Assembly (NCBI GenBank): GCA_963793265.1
Contig: CAWBZI010000001.1
Span: forward strand, 1,824,001 to 1,888,000
Reading direction: 5' to 3'
From: an uncultured cyanobacterium
GTDB lineage: Bacteria > Cyanobacteriota > Cyanobacteriia > Phormidesmidales > Phormidesmidaceae
DNA length: 64,000 bases
Shown: positions 14,949 through 23,712 of the stretch, piece after piece
How positions within the stretch are numbered: position 1 is the stretch's first letter
Layout: the number at the start of each line of letters is the position of its first letter
The notes under the pieces: generated by a model
The model's database searches: none
What the model saw: the letters and a program-made list of their open reading frames with translations, nothing else
What the model was told of the DNA's origin: nothing
Made by a program: the position numbers and the translations under genes

Positions 14949-15800
14949 ATGTTGCCGAGCTGGATAGTTTTGGATGAGCTGCTGACAGATTGGCTGAGGG
15001 AGGATGTGGGGCGAGGCGATAAAACGACCGATGGGTTAGCTGAGTTGGCGCGAGTGGATGGACGGGCTGATTGGATTGCAAAGGAGGATGGGGTGATTGC
15101 CGGACTACCTGTTGCAGAGCGTGTTTTTTCTTTATTGGACGAGCGTGTGGTGTTTCAATTTGAGGTGGCTGAGGGCGATCGCATCACAAAAGGTACCAAG
15201 ATCGCTGATATTTCCTGCCAGCTCTCAACATTACTCACAGGAGAAAGGGTGGCCCTTAACCTGGCGATGAGCTTGAGCGGCATTGCCACGATGACCAGAC
15301 GATATGCGGATGTGATTGCTAACTTACCCACGCAGCTCGTTGATACGCGGAAAACGACGCCAGGGATGAGACTGCTTGAAAAGTACGCGACTTTTGTCGG
15401 CGGCGCGCAAAATCATCGGATGGGGTTAGATGATGGCGTAATGATTAAGGACAACCATATTGCAGCGGCAGGTGGGATTGGAAAAGCAATTACATATATA
15501 AGAAGGCGGATTCCGTATCCGATTACGATTGAGGTGGAGACGGAGAGCCTAGAGCAGGTGGCTGAGGCGATCGCACACAAAGCAGACATCATCATGCTTG
15601 ATAACATGTCTTTTGAAACGATGAAGACGGCCGTGAGCAAAATTAGAGCAGTGAATCAGGGAATTAAAATTGAGGCGTCAGGGAACATCACACTTGAAAC
15701 AATTAGAGCCGTTGCTGAAACCGGGGTGGACTATATATCGAGCAGTGCGCCAATTACCCGATCACCCTGGCTAGATTTGAGCATGAGAATCCAAACATAA
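14949..15800 (+). CDS. nadC: Nicotinate-nucleotide diphosphorylase (carboxylating)
   Basis: DTRKTTPG, HRMGLDDGVMIKDNH, IEVE, IMLDN, EASGNI. Confidence 0.95.
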   Translation: MLPSWIVLDELLTDWLREDVGRGDKTTDGLAELARVDGRADWIAKEDGVIAGLPVAERVFSLLDERVVFQFEVAEGDRITKGTKIADISCQLSTLLTGERVALNLAMSLSGIATMTRRYADVIANLPTQLVDTRKTTPGMRLLEKYATFVGGAQNHRMGLDDGVMIKDNHIAAAGGIGKAITYIRRRIPYPITIEVETESLEQVAEAIAHKADIIMLDNMSFETMKTAVSKIRAVNQGIKIEASGNITLETIRAVAETGVDYISSSAPITRSPWLDLSMRIQT

Positions 15801-15866
15801 GGTTAATTTACGAGACGGGCGGATAACAGCGCTAAATAATTGCATTAGGCTTGTTCCATTCGTTTT

Positions 15867-16274
15867 ATGACTGCTTTTAGAGTGCTTATGACCCATCAAC
15901 CTATCTATCAACCTAAGATCGTTCGGCTTGATATGCTGGATGTGGACTATGCCAGGATGGTCGCTGGAGAACCTATTGCCAAGGAGCGTCAGAGTCGGTT
16001 AGATGCAACTGATGACTATACGTTCAATCGGTTGGAAAAGCAGATTAGCCGATATTTATATGGTCAGCTAGGCCAAGAGAGTAAAGACGATATTTTGTGC
16101 GATATCGGCCAAACGGCTGAGCTGCTGACTCAGTGCGATATGGAGGATATTCATAATCGAATGAGAGAAACAGGGCGCTTTTATTTGTTAGATGGCGAGC
16201 GTCAGCAGATCATCAACTGGGTAAAGGATGAGCTAGCAATTGATTTGATGGCCGCGATCGCGCCGATTGAATGA
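15867..16274 (+). CDS. Hypothetical protein
   Basis: 135-aa ORF in tandem with its neighbours; no motif recognised. Confidence 0.65.
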   Translation: MTAFRVLMTHQPIYQPKIVRLDMLDVDYARMVAGEPIAKERQSRLDATDDYTFNRLEKQISRYLYGQLGQESKDDILCDIGQTAELLTQCDMEDIHNRMRETGRFYLLDGERQQIINWVKDELAIDLMAAIAPIE

Positions 16275-16372
16275 CGGCCTATAGGGTGATGACAGTGATC
16301 GCTTGCAGGCTCGATGATGCAAGAGTGTCCGGTTTCTTTGATTCAACCTATAAAGAGTGATTTGCCTGCCCT

Positions 16373-17200
16373 ATGGCTCCGACCCACAAACACAATTCAC
16401 TAGGCGAGCGCTGGTTAGCCTACTATGCTCGCATCGGCTACGGCGCAAAAGGGGTTATCTACGGCAGCAGCGGCCTTTTAGCTTTATTAGAGGCGACTGA
16501 CTTAGTACCAGAAGGGAAGGTCGTAGGTTCGACAGGTGCACTTAGAACAATCGCCAGTCAGCCCTTTGGTCGAACGGTGGCAGTGATTATCGCGATTAGT
16601 TTGATGGGCTATGTCATATGGCGCTTTATTCAGGCGGTTTTGGATCCTGAACATAGCGGGTGCGATGCCTCAGATATTCTGCGCCGGATTAGCTATGTGT
16701 GCAGTGGCCTTGTGTATGCGAGTATTGCTTACAGCGTTATAGAAATTTTGGACGGCGCAGCAGATAAGGAAGGTAGAACCGCACAGGATTGGGCCTTCTT
16801 GGTAATGTCTACTCCTTGGGGCAGGTGGCTAATTGCGGCGGGAGGATTGGGCTTTTTTGGAGTTGGCTGCTACTACTTTTATCGGGCGATAAAGGCTGAG
16901 TTTAGGAAACGCTTCAAGCTCCATGAAATGAGTGATGCGGCAAAGACAATAGCGACTATTGCCGGTAGAACTGGGATTGCGGCTAGAGGAGTTGTCTATG
17001 TTGTGATTGGGGTGTCTGCGGAGCAGGCGGCTTGGGAGTTTGATGCCGATATGATTAAGACTTCGGAAGAAGCGTTGGAAACCTTTAATGACAATCCAAC
17101 GGATGAATGGATATTAGCAATTTTAGGAATCGGGTTTATTGCATATGCCATTCATATGGGATTTCAGGCGGTATATCGTAGCATTGATCCCATAGATTAG
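16373..17200 (+). CDS. DUF1206 membrane protein
   Basis: ARIGYGAKGVIY, QPFGR and GRTGIAARGVVY repeats. Confidence 0.85.
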   Translation: MAPTHKHNSLGERWLAYYARIGYGAKGVIYGSSGLLALLEATDLVPEGKVVGSTGALRTIASQPFGRTVAVIIAISLMGYVIWRFIQAVLDPEHSGCDASDILRRISYVCSGLVYASIAYSVIEILDGAADKEGRTAQDWAFLVMSTPWGRWLIAAGGLGFFGVGCYYFYRAIKAEFRKRFKLHEMSDAAKTIATIAGRTGIAARGVVYVVIGVSAEQAAWEFDADMIKTSEEALETFNDNPTDEWILAILGIGFIAYAIHMGFQAVYRSIDPID

Positions 17201-17221
17201 TCCGGTAACTAGCCCAGTAAA

Positions 17222-17992
17222 TTAGTTCAGATACTTTTTAGCACTCTTCACCGCATAGGAGGCTCTTTCTAAAGCAACGGTCACGGTAATCAGCCAAAGC
17301 GTTCCGATGAATAAGCCCGCTATGACATCGCTGGGCCAGTGTGCACCAAGGGCTAGGCGAGATAGCGTAATTAGGCCAATCCAAAGGACGGCGAAGGCGA
17401 TCACAACCACCTTTTCTAGAAGGCTCCGCGACGTGCGAAACCACAGGTAGAAAATTAAGCCGTACATGGTTGTTGCGACGACGACATGGCCAGAGGGGAA
17501 GGAGTGAAGACTCGGAGCGGCTAGTCCATTTGCGATGAGATCAGGGCGATCGCGACTCCACATTCCCCAGCTAATCCAAACCAGCGCAAACTGACCGATG
17601 TAGGTCACCACTGCGGTAGCGGCGATCAAGGGCTGCTTGAACCACGAAGTTAGAGCAACCAGCGTGAAAAAAACTGGCAGCATTCCGACCAAGTTTCCAG
17701 GCGATTCCCAGGTGACGCCTTTAGCGAAAGATAGTGGGTTTTGAAGAGAACTTTTATTGCTTTGCAGCGCTATCAGCCACTTTTCATCCCACGCTTGTAA
17801 GCCTGCGGTTTCTTGACTCATAGCAATCCGAGTCAGAGCATAAGTAATTAGAGCGCAGACGCCTAAGCCTATCGCTAGCGTTTTCCACCACGTTTGCCAA
17901 GCGGCAGGCGGTAAGGATTTACTTTCTTGGCGAAAGCGCTGGGCGATTGTCTTTATTGCAGCGGGAACGACCGCTTCCTTATACCGTGCCAT
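17222..17992 (-). CDS. PAP2-family phosphatase
   Basis: RDRP, SFPSGH, SRLALGAHWPSDV. Confidence 0.9.
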   Translation of the reverse strand: MARYKEAVVPAAIKTIAQRFRQESKSLPPAAWQTWWKTLAIGLGVCALITYALTRIAMSQETAGLQAWDEKWLIALQSNKSSLQNPLSFAKGVTWESPGNLVGMLPVFFTLVALTSWFKQPLIAATAVVTYIGQFALVWISWGMWSRDRPDLIANGLAAPSLHSFPSGHVVVATTMYGLIFYLWFRTSRSLLEKVVVIAFAVLWIGLITLSRLALGAHWPSDVIAGLFIGTLWLITVTVALERASYAVKSAKKYLN

Positions 17993-18095
17993 ATCTCTTT
18001 TCAAAGCTAAATGATAATGGCTCCACTTTGCCTGTCAGCAGTGGAAGATGGCATCTCTCTATCGAGAGGCATACGGGCCCAAGTAAACTAGGGGA

Positions 18096-18857
18096 TTAGG
18101 CCAAAGTCATACTGATACGACTCAGGAACGCCTGTAATCTTTCGCTTTGAGGATTGGCTAGAACTTCGCGGGGATCACCTTGTTCTTCAACGTGGCCTTT
18201 GTTGAGAAACATCACCCGGCTTGCTACTTCACGAGCGAACTGCATTTCGTGGGTGACCACTACCATTGTCATACCTTCTCCAGCGAGGTTTTGCATAACC
18301 TGTAGCACTTCTCCTACCAGCTCAGGATCTAAGGCGCTGGTGGGTTCGTCGAATAGAAGGATTTCGGGCTTCATGCAAAGGGCACGGGCGATCGCAACTC
18401 TTTGCTTTTGCCCACCAGAGAGCTGATCTGGATAGCTCTGTGCTTTCTCACCCAAGCCTACTTTATTGAGATAGAAACTAGCGGTTTCTCTGCTCTCTTT
18501 GTCAGATTGACCCAGCACTTTTTTAGGCGCAAGACATAAATTTTCGAGTACTGATAGGTGAGGAAATAGATTGAACTGTTGGAAGACCATGCCAACTCTC
18601 GCCCTCAGCTCTTGAAGCTTATGGCGACCAAGTTTGGCGTTAGACAAGTCGATATTATCGACAATAAGCTGCCCGCCTGTGATTGTCTCTAGGCGATTGA
18701 AGCAACGCAAGAGTGTGCTTTTGCCACAGCCTGACGAGCCGATGATAGAAACCACTTCGCCTCGATGAATCTGGCAGTCGATGCCGTTGAGCACAGACAA
18801 GCTGCCAAAGCTCTTTTGTAGGTTGGAAGCAATGATTGCAGGTAAAGTTTCTGTCAT
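18096..18857 (-). CDS. Polar amino-acid ABC transporter ATP-binding subunit (GlnQ-like)
   Basis: GSSGCGKS, LSGGQKQRVAIARAL, LLFDEPTSALDPE. Confidence 0.95.
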   Translation of the reverse strand: MTETLPAIIASNLQKSFGSLSVLNGIDCQIHRGEVVSIIGSSGCGKSTLLRCFNRLETITGGQLIVDNIDLSNAKLGRHKLQELRARVGMVFQQFNLFPHLSVLENLCLAPKKVLGQSDKESRETASFYLNKVGLGEKAQSYPDQLSGGQKQRVAIARALCMKPEILLFDEPTSALDPELVGEVLQVMQNLAGEGMTMVVVTHEMQFAREVASRVMFLNKGHVEEQGDPREVLANPQSERLQAFLSRISMTLA

Positions 18858-19143
18858 GATCGGAGGCTATTGCAAAGAGCTATCAATGATTTGTCGCGAG
18901 CGGACATTTAGATACGCATCTCAAAGCGTATCACTTCGGCTTTTTGTAAATGTTCAGGTGTAACATTGATCGCTTTTTTGCTGCGGCCTTCGACCTATAA
19001 GTATCTGTAGAGGTGTTTTTACAAAGAAAGTTGACGTATTTACTGGTCTTGGTACTTAGATGCCATAGGTTAAGAGAACGGTAAGTTTACTGACACATCT
19101 ACGAAATGATATTTAGCTTTTAGCGATCTGTGAGGATAGTGTT

Positions 19144-19926
19144 TTGGATATCAATATTGTGAAATTAACGCGCTCTACTTTTTTGAGAACGGCAGCAGTC
19201 GGTTTTTTGGCGGCTGGTATGCTGAGTGCTTGCGGCGGTGGTGCCGATGACAGCGTTTGGAATGTCGGTACAGAACCGGCTTTTCCACCTTTTGAATCGA
19301 CAGAAAACGGTGAGATAGTGGGCTTCGATATCGATTTGATGAATGCCATTGCCGAGAGAGCCGGGAAAACAGTTGAGTTTGAAAGCTTGCCTTTTGACGG
19401 GCTCATCCCAGGCTTGCAGGGCGGTTCGATTGATGCGGCGATCAGTGGCATGACCATCACTGAAGAGCGCGCCCAGACGGTTGACTTTTCAGATCCTTAT
19501 TTTGATGCGGGGCTGGCGATCGCAGTTCAGGACAGTACTACAGATATCCAAAGCCTAGATGATTTAGAAGGTAAAAAGATTGCCGTTCAAATCGGGACAA
19601 CGGGCGCGTCTACAGCTGAGGGCGTACCTAACACAGAAATCAGGACATTTGACTCTGCACCGCTAGCGCTGCAAGAGCTGGCCAATGGCAACGTGGACGC
19701 GGTGGTAAACGATGCGCCTGTGACTTTAGATGCGATTAAAACTGGCAACATTCCCGGCATTCAGGTAGTGGGCCAGTTGCTAACAGAGGAAGCCTACGGC
19801 ATTGCGCTGCCGAAGGGCTCGGAGAATGTAGAGGTGATTAACACCGCATTAGCTGAGATAAAAGCAGATGGTACCTACGCGACGCTGTATGAGAAGTGGT
19901 TCGGAACAGCACCCCCAGCAGAGTAA
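19144..19926 (+). CDS. Amino-acid ABC transporter substrate-binding lipoprotein (GlnH-like)
   Basis: Lipobox LSAC; FPPFE, GFDIDL, ITEER, VQIGTTG; start may be GTG 19159. Confidence 0.92.
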   Translation: MDINIVKLTRSTFLRTAAVGFLAAGMLSACGGGADDSVWNVGTEPAFPPFESTENGEIVGFDIDLMNAIAERAGKTVEFESLPFDGLIPGLQGGSIDAAISGMTITEERAQTVDFSDPYFDAGLAIAVQDSTTDIQSLDDLEGKKIAVQIGTTGASTAEGVPNTEIRTFDSAPLALQELANGNVDAVVNDAPVTLDAIKTGNIPGIQVVGQLLTEEAYGIALPKGSENVEVINTALAEIKADGTYATLYEKWFGTAPPAE

Positions 19927-19968
19927 ATTCACAATCTCCACTCGAAGTACGCAACCGGAGCTATATTT

Positions 19969-20655
19969 TTGAATCAGACACTGGGCTACATTGTCGAGGC
20001 ACTGCCTGCGCTGTTGAAAGGTGCGCTGATCACCTTGCAGCTCACCGCGATCGCCACTACCCTCGGTCTTATCGGCGGCATCCTCTTAGGCATCATCAGG
20101 CTCTCAAAAGTCAAAGCACTGCGCCTTTTAGCGAGAGTCTACGTAGACTTTTTCCGAGGGACGCCGCTTTTAGTACAGCTATATATCATCTACTTTGGTA
20201 TTCCAGCACTCTTCAACTACCTAGGGATTGACTTTAGATTCAACCAGTGGGGTGCAGCCATCGTAGGCTTAAGCCTTAATTCTGCTGCCTACTTAGCAGA
20301 AATTGTTAGAGCGGGCATTCAATCTGTTGAAGTGGGACAAAAAGAAGCCTCTGAATCGCTGGGGCTCAGCTCGACGCAAACCATGCGGTACGTCATTTTT
20401 CCGCAGGCATTGCGCCGAATGATCCCGCCTTTGGGCAATGAGTTTATTACGCTACTCAAAGACACTAGCCTAGTAGCCGTTATTGGCTATCAGGAATTGT
20501 TTAGAGAGGGGCAGCTAATCGTAGCGACGACCTATCGTTCGTTTGAAATCTATGGCGCGGTGGCCTTGATTTACTTACTGCTGACGGTGCTTTCATCGCA
20601 GGTGTTTTCGTTGCTAGAGCGTAAGCTGAATCCTACCCAAGCTAAAAAGGCTTGA
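19969..20655 (+). CDS. Amino-acid ABC transporter permease
   Basis: FRGTPLLVQL, AYLAEIVRAGI, LLKDTSL. Confidence 0.95.
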   Translation: MNQTLGYIVEALPALLKGALITLQLTAIATTLGLIGGILLGIIRLSKVKALRLLARVYVDFFRGTPLLVQLYIIYFGIPALFNYLGIDFRFNQWGAAIVGLSLNSAAYLAEIVRAGIQSVEVGQKEASESLGLSSTQTMRYVIFPQALRRMIPPLGNEFITLLKDTSLVAVIGYQELFREGQLIVATTYRSFEIYGAVALIYLLLTVLSSQVFSLLERKLNPTQAKKA

Positions 20656-20658
20656 GGT

Positions 20659-21090
20659 ATGGGACAAAGCTTTCCAAAAATTAAGATTGTAGCTGTGGGC
20701 AAGGTAAAAAAGCGCTGGTTAAAAGAAGGGATTGCGGTATACCGAAAGCGGCTACCTGAAGTTGAGATAGTCGAGATTAAAGATAGTGATAAAGAAAAGG
20801 AAGCCGATAAACTGCTGAGCCTGGTGAGCGCACAAGACCGGCTGGTGGTTTTGGCTGAGTATGGCAAGGTGCGTGATTCGGTGGCGTTTGCACGATGGTT
20901 GGGGAAGGAGGCTTATGGGACTTTAGTGCTTTTTATTGGGGGGGCTGAGGGGGTGAGCGATCGCCTCAAAAAGCAGCCGATGATCAGCCTTTCTGCTATG
21001 ACTTTTCCGCATGAAATCGCAAGGCTCATGCTAGTAGAGCAGCTATATCGCGCCAAAACCATTCTCCAAAACGGCAGCTATCACAAATAG
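20659..21090 (+). CDS. rlmH: 23S rRNA pseudouridine(1915)-N3-methyltransferase
   Basis: IVAVGK, FIGGAEG, SLSAMTFPHEIARLMLVEQLYRA...YHK. Confidence 0.93.
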   Translation: MGQSFPKIKIVAVGKVKKRWLKEGIAVYRKRLPEVEIVEIKDSDKEKEADKLLSLVSAQDRLVVLAEYGKVRDSVAFARWLGKEAYGTLVLFIGGAEGVSDRLKKQPMISLSAMTFPHEIARLMLVEQLYRAKTILQNGSYHK

Positions 21091-21196
21091 CAGGGGCGCT
21101 ATTAGATGTACCAAAGCAACTTTCTATAATCGATTCCTGAGCTTATCTCTATAGTCCATGGCCGCACCGAAGTTTTAGAGTTTAGCGGTTTGCCTA

Positions 21197-21571
21197 TCAA
21201 ATATTTCTAAATACAGGGTTGAAGCCGAGTTCTATAGCAACAGCTCTTTCAATGGCATCCCAATAGGAATCTTCTAAAGTGCCTTGTCTATTCTTGATCC
21301 GCTGGACATCTACAACTCTAATTTGAGACAGATTGATGTGTCGCTGGCCTTTTATGCCATTCTGCTCAGTCGGTGAAACATTCACCGTGAAGGGATAAGT
21401 TTTCGACCCAGGTAGCAAAGGGGCCACTATTGTAGTAGAGCCGTTTCTGTTTCCCCTATCGTTTTGCAAGATTAGGCAAGGACGTTCTTTGCCGGTTTCG
21501 TCTCCTAAGACAGGTTCCAAGTCAGTCCACCATATTTCTCCTCGCCGATAGGTTAGTTTTCTATTCGGCAT
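21197..21571 (-). CDS. PemK/MazF-family toxin
   Basis: RRGEIWWTDLEP, ETGKERPCLILQND, SQIRVVD. Confidence 0.9.
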   Translation of the reverse strand: MPNRKLTYRRGEIWWTDLEPVLGDETGKERPCLILQNDRGNRNGSTTIVAPLLPGSKTYPFTVNVSPTEQNGIKGQRHINLSQIRVVDVQRIKNRQGTLEDSYWDAIERAVAIELGFNPVFRNI

Positions 21572-21812
21572 CTAAGCGCTCACGGTCTAAACGGTCTAAA
21601 CCGTCGCTGACGGTAACGCTCCAAAGTGCTATCTCTGCCTGTGCTACCGGGTCATTTTCTTGATCTATATAAGCTTCGTCCAGCTCTTGTAAAAACAATC
21701 TCTGCTGCTCTTTCAGCAGAATCTGATTAATAAAGCTGCTACGGTTACTCGCTCGCTTATCAACAAAAGACAGAACATCATCATCTAACGTAATGCTAAC
21801 TTTCTTGCTCAT
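21561..21812 (-). CDS. Ribbon-helix-helix antitoxin of the MazF-type toxin
   Basis: KVSITLDDDVL...NRSSFIN; C-terminal WSVTVSDGL; overlaps the toxin start. Confidence 0.85.
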   Translation of the reverse strand: MSKKVSITLDDDVLSFVDKRASNRSSFINQILLKEQQRLFLQELDEAYIDQENDPVAQAEIALWSVTVSDGLDRLDRERLDAE

Positions 21813-22013
21813 GGCATGTTCCTAAACGCATAAAAGTAGGAGTTTGTTGTCATACTTTGAAATCATACCATTGCATTTGAGCTTTGAGGCGATAGGTCTT
21901 TCTGCTAGCCAAAAGCTCTTTAAGGTTCGTTAGTATTTCATTAATGTCACTCGAACTACTCCCCCACCTGCTTTACCCTCAAAGCCGTCAAAGTTCAATT
22001 TCTAAGCCTTAGT

Positions 22014-23345
22014 ATGAACCGTTCAAAGCCCTCTCTACGCCTGCTGATGGTATTGTTTGCCCTATTCAGTGGCGGCTTTGGCTGCACCAACCCGACGATG
22101 GTTTCCTCCACAGAAACGATAGGTTCAGGCTCAGGCGCGATCGCCCAATCTCCAGGCAAAGTCACCGGGCGCGTAACTGTTTTAGGTCAGTTTGAAAGTA
22201 AGGATCAAGAAAACTTTGAGCAAGCTCTAGCGCCTTTTGAGGAAGAAACGGGCATTGAGGTTGACTACGAGAGTGCAGATGACTTTACGCAGTTACTGCG
22301 GCTGCGAGTGGGTGTTTTAAATCCGCCTGATATTGCTATCTTTGCGCAGCCAGGGCTAATGGCTGACTATGCTAAATCTGGTGATTTGGTGCCGCTTTCA
22401 AATTTTATGCAAACCAGCGCACTGCGGAAGGCTTATCCCGATAGCTGGTTAGACTTAGGCACGGTAGAGGGTGAAGCCTATGCTGTGTGGTATCGAGCAT
22501 CGGTGAAAAGCCTGGTGTGGTATCGGCCTTCGGCTTTTGAGGCCCAGGGCTATGACACACCTAGATCATGGCCAGAGATGGTAGCTTTGAGCGATCGCAT
22601 CGTGGCTGACGGCGGTACGCCCTGGTGCATTGGCCTTGAAAGTGGCGCGGCAACAGGCTGGCCAGGTACCGATTGGATAGAAGACATTTTGCTGCGGACT
22701 GCTGGCCCTGAAGCTTACCGGCAGTGGGTTGCACATGAAATGCCTTTTAATGCGCCGTCGGTGGTGAAGGCGTTTGATGAATTTGGTAAGTTTTTGCGAT
22801 CGCCCAAATACGTTTCCGGCGGTGCGGCAAAAACAGTTGATATCCCCTATGGAGAGGCAGCGCTCGGCATTTTCAACGACCCGCCCGACTGCTACATGCA
22901 CCGTCAGGCTAACTTCGCCCAGTCCTTTTTTCCAGCAGACAAAGACGCCAGGGTAGATTTTGACGTGTTCCCTTTGCCGGGTATAGATGAAAGGTTTGGC
23001 CGACCGCTTTTAGTGGCAGGTGATGCGATGGCGATGTTTAACGATACGCCTGAATCGCGAAAGCTGATGGCCTATATGGCCAGCTCGACGCCGCATGAAA
23101 TAGGAGCCAGCTTTGAGGGCTTCATCTCCCCTCAAAAACAAGTTTCGCCAGAAGCCTATCCCGATGTGGTGAGCCAAACGATTGCCCAGATTTTGACAGA
23201 TGCCGACACGATCCATTTTGATGGCTCGGACATGATGCCTAGCTACGTAGGAGCTGGTACCTTTTGGGAAGGCATGGTCGAGTTTGCAAAAGGAAAGTCG
23301 GCAGCAGAGGTGACTAAAGAGATCGAAGATGGCTGGCCTGAATAA
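22014..23345 (+). CDS. Sugar ABC substrate-binding lipoprotein (AglE/GgtB-like), paralog 1
   Basis: PDIAIFAQPG, VKSLVWY, PWCIGLESGAATGWPGTDWIED, FDGSDMMP. Confidence 0.9.
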   Translation: MNRSKPSLRLLMVLFALFSGGFGCTNPTMVSSTETIGSGSGAIAQSPGKVTGRVTVLGQFESKDQENFEQALAPFEEETGIEVDYESADDFTQLLRLRVGVLNPPDIAIFAQPGLMADYAKSGDLVPLSNFMQTSALRKAYPDSWLDLGTVEGEAYAVWYRASVKSLVWYRPSAFEAQGYDTPRSWPEMVALSDRIVADGGTPWCIGLESGAATGWPGTDWIEDILLRTAGPEAYRQWVAHEMPFNAPSVVKAFDEFGKFLRSPKYVSGGAAKTVDIPYGEAALGIFNDPPDCYMHRQANFAQSFFPADKDARVDFDVFPLPGIDERFGRPLLVAGDAMAMFNDTPESRKLMAYMASSTPHEIGASFEGFISPQKQVSPEAYPDVVSQTIAQILTDADTIHFDGSDMMPSYVGAGTFWEGMVEFAKGKSAAEVTKEIEDGWPE

Positions 23346-23712
23346 GAGAAGCGCCCAAAGAACAAACCAACAGAACTATTCAACCAGGCTTGATACAAGG
23401 TTCCTTGATTAGTCCTCTCTTCACTGACTTAATCTGTTGAGTCAAGTTTTGAAGCTGCTCTGCTTTCTCTCTCTATAGAAAGAGTATGGAGTGATTATAC
23501 TCGTGTGCAAAGGATTGAGAACGCTTTGTATTAATTCTGTTCTTAATAATCTACCCAGCTATCCCCCGGCTACAATTCTGCTGCTTTAGCAAACAACAAA
23601 TAAAGTAGCGATCGCAAGAGCATCTAGTGAGCAGTCGAAGCGAGCAGTTGATCTCTTTCGCTGACAGCTCGTGGTGCCTAATTTTCAACGCTTCAAGAAG
23701 GACTTTTTTTCA

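Noticed and set aside
21073..21196. rlmH 3' end as an SCCmec-like att site
   Set aside because: No recombinase and no convincing direct repeat; similarity reflects the conserved YHK codons.
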